A program made the position numbers and the translations under genes. From contig JBGPDL010000004.1 in NCBI GenBank assembly GCA_041482275.1, positions 9,862 through 73,861 on the forward strand: a DNA stretch of 64,000 nt, read 5' to 3'. The stretch's first letter is position 1; every line of letters begins with the position of its first letter. The stretch is from Gemmatimonadota bacterium (GTDB lineage: Bacteria; Gemmatimonadota; Gemmatimonadetes; Gemmatimonadales; GWC2-71-9). Shown here one piece after another: positions 51,093 through 62,012 of the stretch. The notes under the pieces were generated by a model. That model was not told the origin of the DNA. It made no database searches and saw nothing but the letters and a program-made list of their open reading frames with translations.

Positions 51093-52646
51093 TCATTCCC
51101 ACTCGATGGTCGCCGGCGGCTTGGAGCTCACGTCGTAGACCACCCGATTTACTCCCTTCACTTCGTTGATGATGCGGCTCGAGATGTGCCCCAGCACGGC
51201 GTGGGGAAACGGAAACCAATCGGCCGTCATCCCGTCGCGGCTCGTGACGGCCCGCAGCGCAACGACGTGATCGTATGTCCGGCTGTCCCCCATCACCCCG
51301 ACCGATCTGATCGGGAGCAGTACGGCGAACGCCTGCCAGATCTGGTCGTACAGGCCGGCCGCGTGAATCTCCTCGATGTACACCGCGTCCACTCGGCGCA
51401 GCAGGTCAAGCCGCTCTTCCGTGACGGGGCCCAGCACGCGGATCGCGAGGCCCGGCCCCGGGAATGGATGCCGACCCACGATCTCGTCCGGCAGCCCGAG
51501 CTCATGCCCGACCTGGCGCACTTCGTCCTTGAATAGCTCGCGCAGCGGCTCGATCAGCTTCCAGGGCAAGTCCGGGCGCAGGCCACCGACGTTGTGATGG
51601 GTCTTGATCGTGACCGACGGGCCGCCCCGCGGCGACGCCGATTCGATTACGTCGGGGTAGAGGGTGCCCTGCACCAGGAAGCCGACGTCGCCGTTCACGT
51701 GCCGCGCGGCAGCTTCGAACGCATCGATGAACGTGTGCCCGATGCGGCGCCGCTTCTCCTCGGGATCCTCGATCCCCGCGAGCGCCGACAGGAACTGCGC
51801 CGTCGCGTCGACCACGCGCAGGTCCATCCCCAGGTGCGCCCGGAAGGTCCGCACCACCTGCTCCCGCTCGTCCAGCCGCAGCAGTCCGTGATCCACGAAA
51901 ATGCAGGTGAGCCGCTCCCCGATAGCCCGATGCACCAGCGCGGCTGCCACGGCCGAATCCACGCCGCCCGAGAGGCCGCAGATCGCGCGCCGGGCGGGAC
52001 CGACGAGCGTACGAACGCGCTCCACCTCATGGTCGATGAAGTGGCCCGGCGTCCAGTCCGGCGTGCAGCCGCAGATCGCGAACAGGAAATTGTGGAGGAT
52101 TTCTCCGCCCCGCGGCGTGTGGGCGACTTCCGGGTGGAACAGCACGCCGAACAGCGGCCGGGCGTCATGTTGAAACGCCGCCACCGGCGCGTTGGCGCTT
52201 GACGCCGTGACGCGGAAATGCGGGGGCGGCCGGTCGATCCGGTCGCCGTGACTCGCCCAGACGGTGATGCATCCCTGGGGCTCGAACCCGGCGAACAGAC
52301 CGCTCGCCTCCCGGATGGTGACCTCGGCTCGTCCGTACTCGCGCTCCGGCGACGGCTTCACGTCGCCGCCGGCCAGATGCGCCACGAGCTGCATCCCGTA
52401 GCAGATGGCGAGCACGGGCACGCCGAGCTCGAGCAGCTTGGGATCGGCGGTGGGCGCCCCCGGGTCGAACACCGAGTTCGGCCCGCCGGACAGGATCACG
52501 CCCGCCGGCGCGAACGCCTTGATGAACGCCAGGTCGGTGCCGCGCGCAGCGGGATGGATCTCGCAATACACGTGCGCTTCGCGCACTCGGCGTGCGATCA
52601 GCTGCGTGAACTGCGATCCGTAATCGAGAATCAGGACGCGGTTCAC
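51093..52646 (-). CDS. guaA: GMP synthase (glutamine-hydrolysing)
   Basis: 517 aa. GATase ICYGMQL, the PP-loop SGGVDSAV, and a C-terminal IEWE. Confidence 0.95.
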   Translation of the reverse strand: MNRVLILDYGSQFTQLIARRVREAHVYCEIHPAARGTDLAFIKAFAPAGVILSGGPNSVFDPGAPTADPKLLELGVPVLAICYGMQLVAHLAGGDVKPSPEREYGRAEVTIREASGLFAGFEPQGCITVWASHGDRIDRPPPHFRVTASSANAPVAAFQHDARPLFGVLFHPEVAHTPRGGEILHNFLFAICGCTPDWTPGHFIDHEVERVRTLVGPARRAICGLSGGVDSAVAAALVHRAIGERLTCIFVDHGLLRLDEREQVVRTFRAHLGMDLRVVDATAQFLSALAGIEDPEEKRRRIGHTFIDAFEAAARHVNGDVGFLVQGTLYPDVIESASPRGGPSVTIKTHHNVGGLRPDLPWKLIEPLRELFKDEVRQVGHELGLPDEIVGRHPFPGPGLAIRVLGPVTEERLDLLRRVDAVYIEEIHAAGLYDQIWQAFAVLLPIRSVGVMGDSRTYDHVVALRAVTSRDGMTADWFPFPHAVLGHISSRIINEVKGVNRVVYDVSSKPPATIEWE

Positions 52647-53929
52647 GTGCTTCCCGTCGCTCCCGCTCCGCCCGCTCCCCCTCGGTACCAGGTGGTGGGC
52701 TCGAGCACTTCCCCCCGCAACAGGTCGTCGAGCGTCTCGCGCTGCCGCGCCACGTAATAGCGGTCCCCTTCCACCAGTACCTCGGGTGGCCGCGGTCGCT
52801 GGTTGTAGGTGGAGCTCATCACAAAGCCGTATGCCCCGGTGCCCAGCACTGCCAGATACTCGCCCGCCGCGATCGGCGGCAGCTTGCGGTCGAGTGCGAG
52901 AAAATCCCCCGACTCGCAGATCGGGCCGACCACGTTCACGAGCTCCTCGGGCCGGCCGCCGTCCTGGAGGGGCACGATCTCATGGTGGGCATTGTAATGG
53001 CTCGGCCGCACGAAGTCCGTCATCCCCGCGTCCACCACCACGAATTCCTTACCCCCGGCGTGCTTGCGGTAGAGCACCTTGGTGAGGAGCACACCTGCGT
53101 TTGCCACCAGGTAGCGTCCGGGCTCGCACACCAGCGCCAGCCCCGCCTGTCGGATCGGCGGCGCCACCGCCGCGGCGAACGCCTGCGGGCTGGGCGCCTT
53201 CTCGTTGTAATAGCGCACGCCCAGACCGCCGCCCACGTCCAGCGCTTCGATCGTGCCCAGCCCCGAGGCGCGGAGCGCGGTGACCAGCTCCAGCAACTTG
53301 ACGGTGCCGCGATGGTACGGCTCCACATCGGTGATTTGAGACCCGAGGTGCATCGCGAGCCCGCGCAGCGTGAGCAGCGGCTCGGCCACGAGCCGCTGCG
53401 CCACGCTCACCACCTCATCGTAGGGGACGCCGAACTTGGCGGTCTTCTCGCCGGTCTTCGTGTAGGGGTGGGTCTCGGTCGCGACGTCGGGGTTGACGCG
53501 GATGCCGAGGCTGGCGGACTTCTTGAGCTTCCGAGCGGTGGCGCTCACCGCTTCCAGCTCGGCGGGTGACTCGACGTTCAGGAATCCCACGCCGATCCTG
53601 ATCGCCTCTTCGAGTTCGCCCGCCGTCTTGCCGACCCCCGAAAAGACGATGGACGCAGCGTCGAATCCCGCCGCCAGCGCGCGCCGCAACTCCCCCACGG
53701 ACACGATGTCGGCGCCCGCCCCCAGGGCCTTCAGCACCTTGAGCACACCGACGTTGCCGTTGGCCTTTACCGAGTAGCAGATGCGGTGGGGCACGTCGCG
53801 GAGGGCGTCGTGCAGGGCGTGGTACTGCGCCCGAATCAGGTTGGCGCTGTAGACGTAGGTGGGCGTGCCGACGCGCTCCGCGATGGCGCGGAGGAGTGCC
53901 GGGTCGAACCCTAGTACGCCTGCGCCCAC
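52643..53929 (-). CDS. lysA: diaminopimelate decarboxylase
   Basis: ORF 52643..54595 trimmed to the in-frame GTG at 53929; the remaining upstream part overlaps proS as shadow sequence. [15 protein letters not shown] (PLP Lys), GPICESGD. The start is uncertain and overlaps the proS stop by 19 nt. Confidence 0.85.
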   Translation of the reverse strand: MGAGVLGFDPALLRAIAERVGTPTYVYSANLIRAQYHALHDALRDVPHRICYSVKANGNVGVLKVLKALGAGADIVSVGELRRALAAGFDAASIVFSGVGKTAGELEEAIRIGVGFLNVESPAELEAVSATARKLKKSASLGIRVNPDVATETHPYTKTGEKTAKFGVPYDEVVSVAQRLVAEPLLTLRGLAMHLGSQITDVEPYHRGTVKLLELVTALRASGLGTIEALDVGGGLGVRYYNEKAPSPQAFAAAVAPPIRQAGLALVCEPGRYLVANAGVLLTKVLYRKHAGGKEFVVVDAGMTDFVRPSHYNAHHEIVPLQDGGRPEELVNVVGPICESGDFLALDRKLPPIAAGEYLAVLGTGAYGFVMSSTYNQRPRPPEVLVEGDRYYVARQRETLDDLLRGEVLEPTTWYRGGAGGAGATGST

Positions 53930-55404
53930 ACCGCCTCCGCGACGCTGGGCTTGCCGCACCACATGCACGTCTTCGGCGGCTCGGGCGAGCGGAATTCGGG
54001 ATCGGGCAGCACGCGCACGGTCGCCGCGGTCTCCTGTTTGATCTCGGCCTCGCACGCGCCGGAGCCGCAGAAACCGCCGTAGGCGAACCCGCCGGTACCC
54101 TTCATGAACTCGATGAACCGCTGTTTCGTGACCCCCCGGATCGAGTGGGTTTCGCGCCGATCCTTTGCCGACTGGAACAGGCCAGCCTGGATCTCGGCCA
54201 ACGCAGCGGTCACGGCGGCCCGGATCCCCTCCAGCCCGGCGGGGGCTTTCCCCCCGGTGCGGCGGGCGGCCATCACCTGGCCCGCGGCCACGTCGCGCGG
54301 CCCGATCTCGAGACGCAGCGGCACACCCTTCGCCTCCCACTCGAAGTACTTGGCTCCGGGCTTCAGGCTGTCCCGCGCGTCGAGCTCCACGCGGATACCC
54401 GCCTGCGTCAGCTCCGCCTTCAGCTTCTCGCCGACACTCAGCACCTGACTCTTCTCTTCGTCCGACTTCCAGATGGGCACGATTACCGCCTGGACCGGCG
54501 CGAGCTTGGGCGGGCAAACCAGCCCGTTGTCGTCCGAATGCGTCATCACCAGCCCGCCGATCATGCGGGTGGAGACGCCCCACGACGTATTCCACACGTA
54601 CTCAAGCCCGCCCGCCGCGGTCTGATACTGCACGTTGAACGCCTTGGCGAAGTTCTGCCCGAGATTGTGCGACGTGCCCGCCTGCAGCGCCTTGTTGTCC
54701 TGCATCAGCGCTTCCACCGCGTAGGTGCACAGCGCGCCGGCGAACTTCTCGCTCTCGGTCTTCCGGCCGGTGATCACCGGCATCGCCATCCACTCTTCCT
54801 GGAACGTGCGGTACACGCCGAGCATCTGGCGCGCCTCGGCCTCCGCCTCCGCCTCGCTGGCGTGTGCCGTATGTCCTTCCTGCCACAGAAACTCCGTCGT
54901 GCGCAGGAACAGCCGGGTGCGCAGCTCCCAGCGGACGATGTTGCACCACTGATTCATGAGCAGCGGCAGGTCGCGATAGCTGTGGATCCACTTGGCGAAC
55001 ATCGCGTAGATGATCGTCTCGGAGGTCGGCCGCACCACGAGCGGCTCCTCGAGCGCCGACTCGGGGTCCGGCATCAGCGCCTGGGGGCCCGTCTTGCCCG
55101 TCGCCATGAGGCGGGTGTGCGTCACCAACGCCACTTCCTTCGCGAATCCCTCCACGTGCTCCGCCTCCTTCGCGAGGAAGCTCATGGGGATGAACAGCGG
55201 GAAGTAGGCGTTCTGGTGGCCGGTGGCCTTGAACATGGCGTCCAGGGCGCCCTGCATCAGCTCCCACAACCGGTAGCCGTGCGGCCGGATCACCATGCAA
55301 CCGCGCACCGGCGAGTAGTCCGCCAGCTCCGCCTGCATGACGACGTCGTTGTACCACTCGCCGAAATCTTTGGCGCGTGGGGTGATCTTTTGCGCTTGCG
55401 CCAT
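53911..55404 (-). CDS. proS: prolyl-tRNA synthetase, archaeal/eukaryote-like type
   Basis: 497 aa. No insertion editing domain. RPTSETI and FLRTTEFLWQEGHTAH, a C-terminal Zn-binding-like domain with CGSGACE...CMWCGKP, ending in Tyr. Confidence 0.9.
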   Translation of the reverse strand: MAQAQKITPRAKDFGEWYNDVVMQAELADYSPVRGCMVIRPHGYRLWELMQGALDAMFKATGHQNAYFPLFIPMSFLAKEAEHVEGFAKEVALVTHTRLMATGKTGPQALMPDPESALEEPLVVRPTSETIIYAMFAKWIHSYRDLPLLMNQWCNIVRWELRTRLFLRTTEFLWQEGHTAHASEAEAEAEARQMLGVYRTFQEEWMAMPVITGRKTESEKFAGALCTYAVEALMQDNKALQAGTSHNLGQNFAKAFNVQYQTAAGGLEYVWNTSWGVSTRMIGGLVMTHSDDNGLVCPPKLAPVQAVIVPIWKSDEEKSQVLSVGEKLKAELTQAGIRVELDARDSLKPGAKYFEWEAKGVPLRLEIGPRDVAAGQVMAARRTGGKAPAGLEGIRAAVTAALAEIQAGLFQSAKDRRETHSIRGVTKQRFIEFMKGTGGFAYGGFCGSGACEAEIKQETAATVRVLPDPEFRSPEPPKTCMWCGKPSVAEAVWAQAY

Positions 55405-56690
55405 TACCGAAAGAATCCGTTCACGAGCCTCGCCATGGGCACCTTCTCCTCCGTGCCCGCTCTCAGGTCCCGCACCACCGCCACCTGTGCCTGCCGTTCC
55501 TCCGGCCCTACGATCACCGCCCGTGCGGCTCCCCGCGCCGCGGCCAGCTCGAGCTGCTTGCGAATCGCGGCGTGGCGGAGGCCGTACTCGACGGCCACGC
55601 CCCGGTCGCGCAGTTCGTGCGCGAGGTTCAGGACGGAGGCAACGTCCTCACCGCTCACCGCAACCAAGAAAGCGTCCAGCTGAGCCGGCGCCTCGAGAGA
55701 GCCTTTCCGCTCGCGCAATAACTCTCCGAGGACGACGTCTCCCATCCCCACGCCCAGCGCGGGCAGGTCCACGCCGCCGAGCGCTTTGAGCAAGCCGTCG
55801 TAGCGGCCGCCGCCGCACACGGCGCGCAGCGTCTTGCCCGTGTCGAACAGCTCGAACACGATCCCGGTGTAGTAGGCCAGCCCCCGCACGATACTCAGGT
55901 CAATCTCCACGAAGTCTCCAAGCCCCATGGCGGTTAGCGCATTGTGCGCCTCGGACAGGGCATCGCCCGCACGATCTCCTGCCTTGACCATCGCGACAGC
56001 TTGCTTGAGCGCGGGCATTCCCCGCAGGGCGGCGATCTTGAACACCCCATCGATCGCCGGGACGCTGCATCCCGCCTTCTCGAGCTGTTCTGCGAGTGCC
56101 TTCCGAGGGACCCGTTCGCTCTTGTCGATTGCCGCGTAGGCTGCAGGAAGCTGTGTCTCTGACAGGCCGTGCCCGAGGAGCAACGCGCGCAACACGCGTC
56201 GATCCGACATGCGAAGCTGGACGTCCTTGGGCCCGAAGCCGAACGCACGCATGATGTCGATCACCGCGGCGATGAGCTCGGCGTCCGCCAGCGGGCTCGC
56301 CTCCCCGATGATGTCCATGTTCAGCTGAAAGTGCTCCCGCAGCCGCCCCCGCTGCTGCCGCTCGTAGCGGAACAGCTGGGGGATCGAGAACCAGCGGATC
56401 GGCTTCTTCAGCGCCTGCGCGCGCGCGCCCACCATGCGGGCGAGCGTCGGCGTCATCTCGGGCCGCAACGCCACCTCACGGTCGCCCTTGTCCCGGAAGC
56501 TGTACAGCTGCTGCACGATCTCGGCGCCGCTCTTGTGGGTGTACAGGTCCAGCGGTTCGAGCGGCGGGCCGTCGTACTCCTGGAACCCATAGCGGCGCGC
56601 GATCTCGCGCCAGGTGGCGAAGATGGAGTTGCGGAGAGCCAGTTCTTCAGGAAAAAAGTCGCGAAAGCCAGGTAGGGCTTGTCCTTGCAT
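55404..56690 (-). CDS. hisS: histidyl-tRNA synthetase
   Basis: 428 aa. GFRDFFPEE, FRYERQQRGRLREHFQ, CGGGRYDGL, plus a C-terminal anticodon-binding domain. TAATG overlap with proS. Confidence 0.9.
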   Translation of the reverse strand: MQGQALPGFRDFFPEELALRNSIFATWREIARRYGFQEYDGPPLEPLDLYTHKSGAEIVQQLYSFRDKGDREVALRPEMTPTLARMVGARAQALKKPIRWFSIPQLFRYERQQRGRLREHFQLNMDIIGEASPLADAELIAAVIDIMRAFGFGPKDVQLRMSDRRVLRALLLGHGLSETQLPAAYAAIDKSERVPRKALAEQLEKAGCSVPAIDGVFKIAALRGMPALKQAVAMVKAGDRAGDALSEAHNALTAMGLGDFVEIDLSIVRGLAYYTGIVFELFDTGKTLRAVCGGGRYDGLLKALGGVDLPALGVGMGDVVLGELLRERKGSLEAPAQLDAFLVAVSGEDVASVLNLAHELRDRGVAVEYGLRHAAIRKQLELAAARGAARAVIVGPEERQAQVAVVRDLRAGTEEKVPMARLVNGFFR

Positions 56691-56699
56691 CGCAACAAT

Positions 56700-57926
56700 T
56701 TAGCCGATCGGCGCAAACCCCGGCAAGCGGGCGAGCGCGTCGCCGACGGTGTGGAACGATCCCGTCACGATCGCCGTCGCGGCATCCTCTTGGACGCGTT
56801 CCAACGCTCGCTCGAAATCCGGCTCGAAGTCGTGCGGGACCGAAAGCCCCCCGAGCTCCCGCTCGAGCCGGGCGAGGTCCCAGCGGCGCCGCTCCGGCGC
56901 GGTGTCGGGCACCGTGAACGTGAACGCGTCGACCTCGTCCTTCAGGCACTCGATCATGCCGAGGTAGTCCTTGTCGCCCAGCACCCCGACCAGGGCGCGC
57001 CGGGGATGCGCCGGATCGGCCTCGCGCAGCGTGTCGGCCAGGACGCGGGCGCCGTCGGGGTTGTGCGCCACGTCGAAGATCCAGCGGCCGCGGACGTCGA
57101 AGCGCCCGGCGACGTACGCACGGGCGAAGCTGTGCGGCCATTCGTCGGCGGCCGGGCCAAAGGCAGCCGGCAACGCATTCAGCGTCGCGAGCGCGACCCA
57201 GGCGTTGCCGTGCTGGTGCCGGCCCGGTAACCCGAGCGGCCGCGTGGGAGCGCGGGTCGTGTCCACGAGGGTGATGGGATGCGCCCCGCGCCGCGCCGCC
57301 TCGGCCGCCAGGGTCTGGCGCACCGCCGGGTCGCGCTCGCCCGTGACGAACGGCACGCCGGGTTTCGCGATCCCGGCCTTCTCGCGGGCGATGGAGGCGA
57401 GGTCCGATCCCAGGTAGTCCGTGTGCTCCCGGGCGATCTTGGTCACCGCCGCGACCAGCGGCGTGACGACGTTGGTGGAGTCGAGCCGCCCCCCGAGTCC
57501 CACCTCCACCACTGCAACGTCCACCCCCCGCGCGGCGAGATCGGCGAATGCAATGGCGGTCGTGGCCTCGAAAAAGGTCGCGTCCAGCCGCTCCACATGC
57601 GGCTTCAAGAACGTCGCCCATTCCACGAAGGCCTCTTCCGAGATCGGCACCCCGTCCACCACCACGCGCTCCCGCACCGAGACCAGGTGGGGCGACGTGT
57701 ACACGCCCACCCGCAGCCCGCGCGCCCGCAGCGCCGCCGCGGTGAAGGCGCAGGTGGAGCCCTTGCCGTTGGTGCCGCCAATGTGGATGGAGGGAAAGTG
57801 CCGCTCGGGATGCCCCAGCACGTCCAAGAGCCCCTCGGTCGGCCCGAGGCTCCACTTGATGCGGCTCCCTTGTCGCGCGAAGAGAAAGCGGCAGGCGTCC
57901 TCGAAGGACAGCCCGGTCCTGGTCAG
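56700..57926 (-). CDS. folC: bifunctional folylpolyglutamate synthase / dihydrofolate synthase
   Basis: The ORF-track version (TTG at 57827) begins only 16 aa before the P-loop HIGGTNGKGST. The frame is open upstream and encodes LTRTGLSFEDACRFLFARQGSRIKWSLGPTEGLL, which aligns by eye with the conserved FolC N-terminus. The only candidate starts there are CTG at 57926 (CTGA overlap with the accD stop) or CTG at 57911. Confidence 0.8.
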   Translation of the reverse strand: MTRTGLSFEDACRFLFARQGSRIKWSLGPTEGLLDVLGHPERHFPSIHIGGTNGKGSTCAFTAAALRARGLRVGVYTSPHLVSVRERVVVDGVPISEEAFVEWATFLKPHVERLDATFFEATTAIAFADLAARGVDVAVVEVGLGGRLDSTNVVTPLVAAVTKIAREHTDYLGSDLASIAREKAGIAKPGVPFVTGERDPAVRQTLAAEAARRGAHPITLVDTTRAPTRPLGLPGRHQHGNAWVALATLNALPAAFGPAADEWPHSFARAYVAGRFDVRGRWIFDVAHNPDGARVLADTLREADPAHPRRALVGVLGDKDYLGMIECLKDEVDAFTFTVPDTAPERRRWDLARLERELGGLSVPHDFEPDFERALERVQEDAATAIVTGSFHTVGDALARLPGFAPIG

Positions 57927-58789
57927 TCGGCGGCCTCCGCCGGCTGCCGGCCGGCCATGTGGCGCAGCAGCTGGGCGGCGGTGTCCCGCAGCTCGCTCCG
58001 CGGCACGACGGCGTCGAGCATCCCGTGCTCCACCAGAAACTCCGCGGTCTGGAAGCCCTCGGGCAGGTCCTGCCCGATCGTCTGCTTGATCACGCGCGGC
58101 CCGGCGAAGCCGATCACCGCCCCCGGCTCCGCCAGGATCACGTCACCCTGCATGGCGTAAGAGGCCGACACGCCCCCGGTCGTCGGGTTCGTGAGGATCG
58201 AGATGAACGGGACCCGCGCCGCCCGCAGCCGGGCAATCTCGACCGACGTCTTGGCCATCTGCATGAGCGACAGGACCCCCTCCTGCATGCGCGCCCCGCC
58301 CGACGCCGATACGATCACCAGGGGAATCCGTCGCTCGGCCGACCGCCGCGTCAGCCGGGCGAGCTTCTCGCCCACCACCGAGCCCATGGAGCCGCCCATG
58401 AAGTTGAAGTCCATCACAGCGAGATCGAGCGGCATGCCGTCCAGCCGGCCGTAGCCGGTGCGCACCGCCTCGAGCGGTCCCGCCTTCTGGATCGCCACCT
58501 CGAGGCGCTGCAGGTAGTTCTCGAAGTGGAGCGGATCGGTCGACTTGAGCTTCGCGTCCAGCTCGTGCCACGAGCCTTCATCCACGAGCAGATCGATGTA
58601 TTCCTGGGCCGAGATGCGGCGATGGTGCCCGCAATTGGGACAAACGTTGAGCGCGCGGACGAACCGGTCCTTGATGTCGATATGGCCGCACTCGTCGCAT
58701 TTCTCCCAGGCGTCGGCTGGAATTTCCAGCTTCACCCGTTCCGACGTACGCGGCTTGCGCTCTTTTTTGAACCAGGCCATTCGCGCCAT
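57923..58789 (-). CDS. accD: acetyl-CoA carboxylase carboxyltransferase beta subunit
   Basis: 288 aa. N-terminal zinc ribbon CDECGH...CPNCGHH and FMGGSMGSVVGEK. Confidence 0.95.
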   Translation of the reverse strand: MARMAWFKKERKPRTSERVKLEIPADAWEKCDECGHIDIKDRFVRALNVCPNCGHHRRISAQEYIDLLVDEGSWHELDAKLKSTDPLHFENYLQRLEVAIQKAGPLEAVRTGYGRLDGMPLDLAVMDFNFMGGSMGSVVGEKLARLTRRSAERRIPLVIVSASGGARMQEGVLSLMQMAKTSVEIARLRAARVPFISILTNPTTGGVSASYAMQGDVILAEPGAVIGFAGPRVIKQTIGQDLPEGFQTAEFLVEHGMLDAVVPRSELRDTAAQLLRHMAGRQPAEAAD

Positions 58790-58861
58790 AGTGGGGAACT
58801 TGAAGGCGACAATTTGGGAGGGCCCCTCCCCCCGCGCCAGCCCCGGCAGCGTAAGGTATTG

Positions 58862-60109
58862 TCATAGTTCAGCATAGCCGGACTGGCGGGCCTCCCAGGC
58901 GACCCGGAGCGAGATGCCCACGGACAGGAAGCAGGCCAGGAGGAACGAGCCGCCGTACGAGAAGAACGGCAGCGGGATGCCGGTGATGGGCAGCAAGTTC
59001 ACCGTCATCCCGACATTCTCGATGATGTGGGTGAACAGCATGCCGGTCACCCCGAACACGCACAGGCAGGAATACGGGTCCGTGGCGCGTCGGGCGATGC
59101 GGAGCAGGATGAGAATCAGGGCCGCGAACAAGGCCAACGCCGCGAGCACCCCGAGAAACCCGAGCTCCTCTCCCACCACCGAAAAGATGAAATCGGTGAA
59201 TTGCGCCGGCAGGAACGCGAGCCGCTTCTGCGGGCCATGCATGAATCCCTGCCCGAGGAATCCCCCGGACCCGATGGCGATCTTCGACTGGATGACGTGC
59301 CATCCGGTGGCGCGGGGATCTTCCTGCGGGTTCAGGAACGCGAGCAGGCGGTTCTGCTGATAGGGCGCGAGGCGCTGCCAGAACGGGACGGCGATGACGC
59401 CCATGATGAGGTTCGCGAGCATCACCGCCAAGCCTTCCCACACGTACGGCCGCCACCATACCAGCAGGGCTACCAGGACCACGATCCACGCGCCCCAGGC
59501 GACGGTCGAGAACGCGAGAATCAGGCCGATCACCGGGGAGCCGAGCAGCAGCAGGAGTGACGGCTTCGTGCCCGCCCAGTAGAGCATGGCGAACAGGATG
59601 GCGATGAACACCATGGCGCTTCCGAGATCGGGCTGCTTGGCCACGAGCAGCGTCGGGAGGCCGGCGATCACGCAGGGCGGCAACAACTCGCGCAGCGTGG
59701 CGGGGGCCTCGCGCCGCTCGGCGAGCCAGCGCGCCAGCATGAGAACGACGGTGAGCTTGGCGAGCTCCGCCGGCTGACCCAGCCGCAGCCCGCCGATGGC
59801 GATCCACGAGCGCTCGCTCGCCGCCGTCCCGCCGCCGGTACCGGCGAGCAGCGTGAACACGAGCACCAGGACACCGATCGCGTAAGCGTACGGGGTGGCC
59901 CACTCCAGCAGGCGGGGCGACGTGCGGAACATCAGCACCGCGGCGACCGCGCCGACGCCGAGCCAGATCAGCTGCTTCTGCCAGATCGTGGTGACGAAGG
60001 TCGGGACGTCGGTCTGCCCGGCGGAGTACAGCGTCGCGAGCCCGTAGGCTGCGAGGGCCAGGACGACCGCGCCGAGCGGTCTATCGAGTTCGCGGAGCGG
60101 GGGTCGCAT
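58862..60109 (-). CDS. rodA: SEDS-family peptidoglycan polymerase RodA
   Basis: 415 aa with about 10 TM helices, QPAELAKL and TDFIFSVVGEELGF. Lies directly downstream of mrdA. Confidence 0.9.
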   Translation of the reverse strand: MRPPLRELDRPLGAVVLALAAYGLATLYSAGQTDVPTFVTTIWQKQLIWLGVGAVAAVLMFRTSPRLLEWATPYAYAIGVLVLVFTLLAGTGGGTAASERSWIAIGGLRLGQPAELAKLTVVLMLARWLAERREAPATLRELLPPCVIAGLPTLLVAKQPDLGSAMVFIAILFAMLYWAGTKPSLLLLLGSPVIGLILAFSTVAWGAWIVVLVALLVWWRPYVWEGLAVMLANLIMGVIAVPFWQRLAPYQQNRLLAFLNPQEDPRATGWHVIQSKIAIGSGGFLGQGFMHGPQKRLAFLPAQFTDFIFSVVGEELGFLGVLAALALFAALILILLRIARRATDPYSCLCVFGVTGMLFTHIIENVGMTVNLLPITGIPLPFFSYGGSFLLACFLSVGISLRVAWEARQSGYAEL

Positions 60110-62012
60110 GGCCCGTGTCGGGTGGCACCGCGGTCTCCGGCGGCGTCGCGGCTGTGTCCGGTAGCGCGAGGGTCGTGTCGTCGCCCGGGGCCCCGGGGAG
60201 CACCTGGATCGGGTGCGGTGCCGTGTCGGTCGGGAGCACGATGCGGATGCGGGACGCCGTCGTGGTGTCGACGCCCAGGTAGTGCCCGATCACACGGGTG
60301 ACGAGCGGGGCCACGTAGGGGCCCTCTCGCGCGAACTCCACGATGGCACCTACCACAATCTCAGGTTTCTCGGCGGGCGCGAACCCGATGAACCAGCCGT
60401 GCGCCGGGCCGTGCGGGTTCTGGGCGGTGCCGGTCTTCCCCGCGATCGCGATACTGCCGCCGAAGCGGGCCGCGCCGCGCGCAGTGCCACGCTCCACTAC
60501 GCTGATCATCGCCTGGCGCAGCCCGGCGAGCTGGTCGGGCGCGAGGCCGAGACTCGCCGTCGGTCCCGCAGCGGGGCGGACGAGGTAGGGCGATCGAGCC
60601 TTGCCGTCGCTCGCGAGCATCTGGTAGAACCGGACCATGTTGACGAGCGTCTGGGCGTTCTCGCCCTGACCAATGGCGAGGTTGAGCGTGACCGCGGACG
60701 TCCAGCGCCGCGGTCCGTAGACGCGGTCGTAATAGTCGGTCCCACTCGGGAACTCGGAGGTGATCTCCCCAGGGAGGTCCACGCCGGTGCGCGCATGGAA
60801 CCCCAGCTCCCCCGCGTCCTCGAGCATCGAGGTGAGACCGAGCTTCAAGCCGAGTTGATAGAAGTAGACGTCGCAGCTCTGGGCAATGGCGTCCACGAGT
60901 GCCAGGTCGCCGTGTCCCCCGGCGGACCAGCAACGGAAGAAGCGGTTGCCGTATTGCATCCCGCCGCGGCAGGGGATGGGCATCCGGGACCGAAGCGTTA
61001 CGATGCCGCGCTTCAGCGCCATGGCGGCGATGGCGAGCTTCCAGGTGGAGCCGGGCGGGTAGCGGGCCTGAATGGCGCGATCGAACAGCGGATGTGCTTG
61101 GCTTTCGCTCAAGCGCCGCCAGTAGTCCGGGTCCACGCCGCCCACGAAAGCGTTGGGATCGAAGCCGGGCGCGCTGTAGAGGGCGAGGATCTCGCCGCTG
61201 TTGGGGTTCATCGCGAGCACCGCGCCCCGCTGCCCCGCCGGGAAGATCTGCGCGATATAGCGCTGCAGCTCGAGATCGACGGTGGTGTGGAGGGCCCGGC
61301 CGGGCACCGGCTGCAGCCGGGACGCGGGACCCGCCTCGCGGACCACGTGCCCCAGCGCGCTCACTTCCACGAACCGCACACCGTCCGCGCCCCGCAGCGA
61401 GTCGTCGTACTGGCGCTCGAGGCCGTCCTTCCCCAGCAGGCCGCCCAGCCGGACCGAGGCGAAGCGCCGCTGCGTCCGCTCGGCCTCGGTCAGCTCCCCG
61501 ACGTACCCCACGAGGTGAGACAGCAGCGAGCTATCGGGGTAATGCCGCTTCGGCTCCGCCTGAATGAGCAACCCCGGGAAAATGAGGCGCCGCTCCTCGA
61601 GCGCGGACACGACCTCGAACGTCGCGCTCGGAAGCACCGTCACCGGGAGGTATGGGACCCGGCGGTAGCGCACCAGGATGCGCTCGATGGCGAGGCTGTC
61701 CAGCTTCACGATCGGCGCGAGACGACGCAGTCTGGCCCGCAACGAATCCTGGTCGGCCGCGGGGAGGAGCGATACGGTATACCCGGTCACATTCTCCGCC
61801 AGGATCCTGCCGTTGCGGTCGGTGATGAGACCGCGCGGCGCCGGGAGTGGAATGGGGCGGAGCCGGTTCGTCTCGGATTGCAGCTGGTACTTCGAGTGTT
61901 CGAGGATCTGGGTGCGGAAGAACACGATCACGAGCGCCGCCACGGTGCACCACACGAAGCCGCGCGTGACGCGCAGCCGCCGCTCGAGCAGGTGCGGGTG
62001 GAACGCACTCAC
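60081..62012 (-). CDS. mrdA: penicillin-binding protein 2 (elongasome transpeptidase)
   Basis: 643 aa. N-terminal TM helix, STWK (active Ser), SCD (an SxN-like position) and KTGTA. Confidence 0.9.
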   Translation of the reverse strand: MSAFHPHLLERRLRVTRGFVWCTVAALVIVFFRTQILEHSKYQLQSETNRLRPIPLPAPRGLITDRNGRILAENVTGYTVSLLPAADQDSLRARLRRLAPIVKLDSLAIERILVRYRRVPYLPVTVLPSATFEVVSALEERRLIFPGLLIQAEPKRHYPDSSLLSHLVGYVGELTEAERTQRRFASVRLGGLLGKDGLERQYDDSLRGADGVRFVEVSALGHVVREAGPASRLQPVPGRALHTTVDLELQRYIAQIFPAGQRGAVLAMNPNSGEILALYSAPGFDPNAFVGGVDPDYWRRLSESQAHPLFDRAIQARYPPGSTWKLAIAAMALKRGIVTLRSRMPIPCRGGMQYGNRFFRCWSAGGHGDLALVDAIAQSCDVYFYQLGLKLGLTSMLEDAGELGFHARTGVDLPGEITSEFPSGTDYYDRVYGPRRWTSAVTLNLAIGQGENAQTLVNMVRFYQMLASDGKARSPYLVRPAAGPTASLGLAPDQLAGLRQAMISVVERGTARGAARFGGSIAIAGKTGTAQNPHGPAHGWFIGFAPAEKPEIVVGAIVEFAREGPYVAPLVTRVIGHYLGVDTTTASRIRIVLPTDTAPHPIQVLPGAPGDDTTLALPDTAATPPETAVPPDTGHATPAPRTR

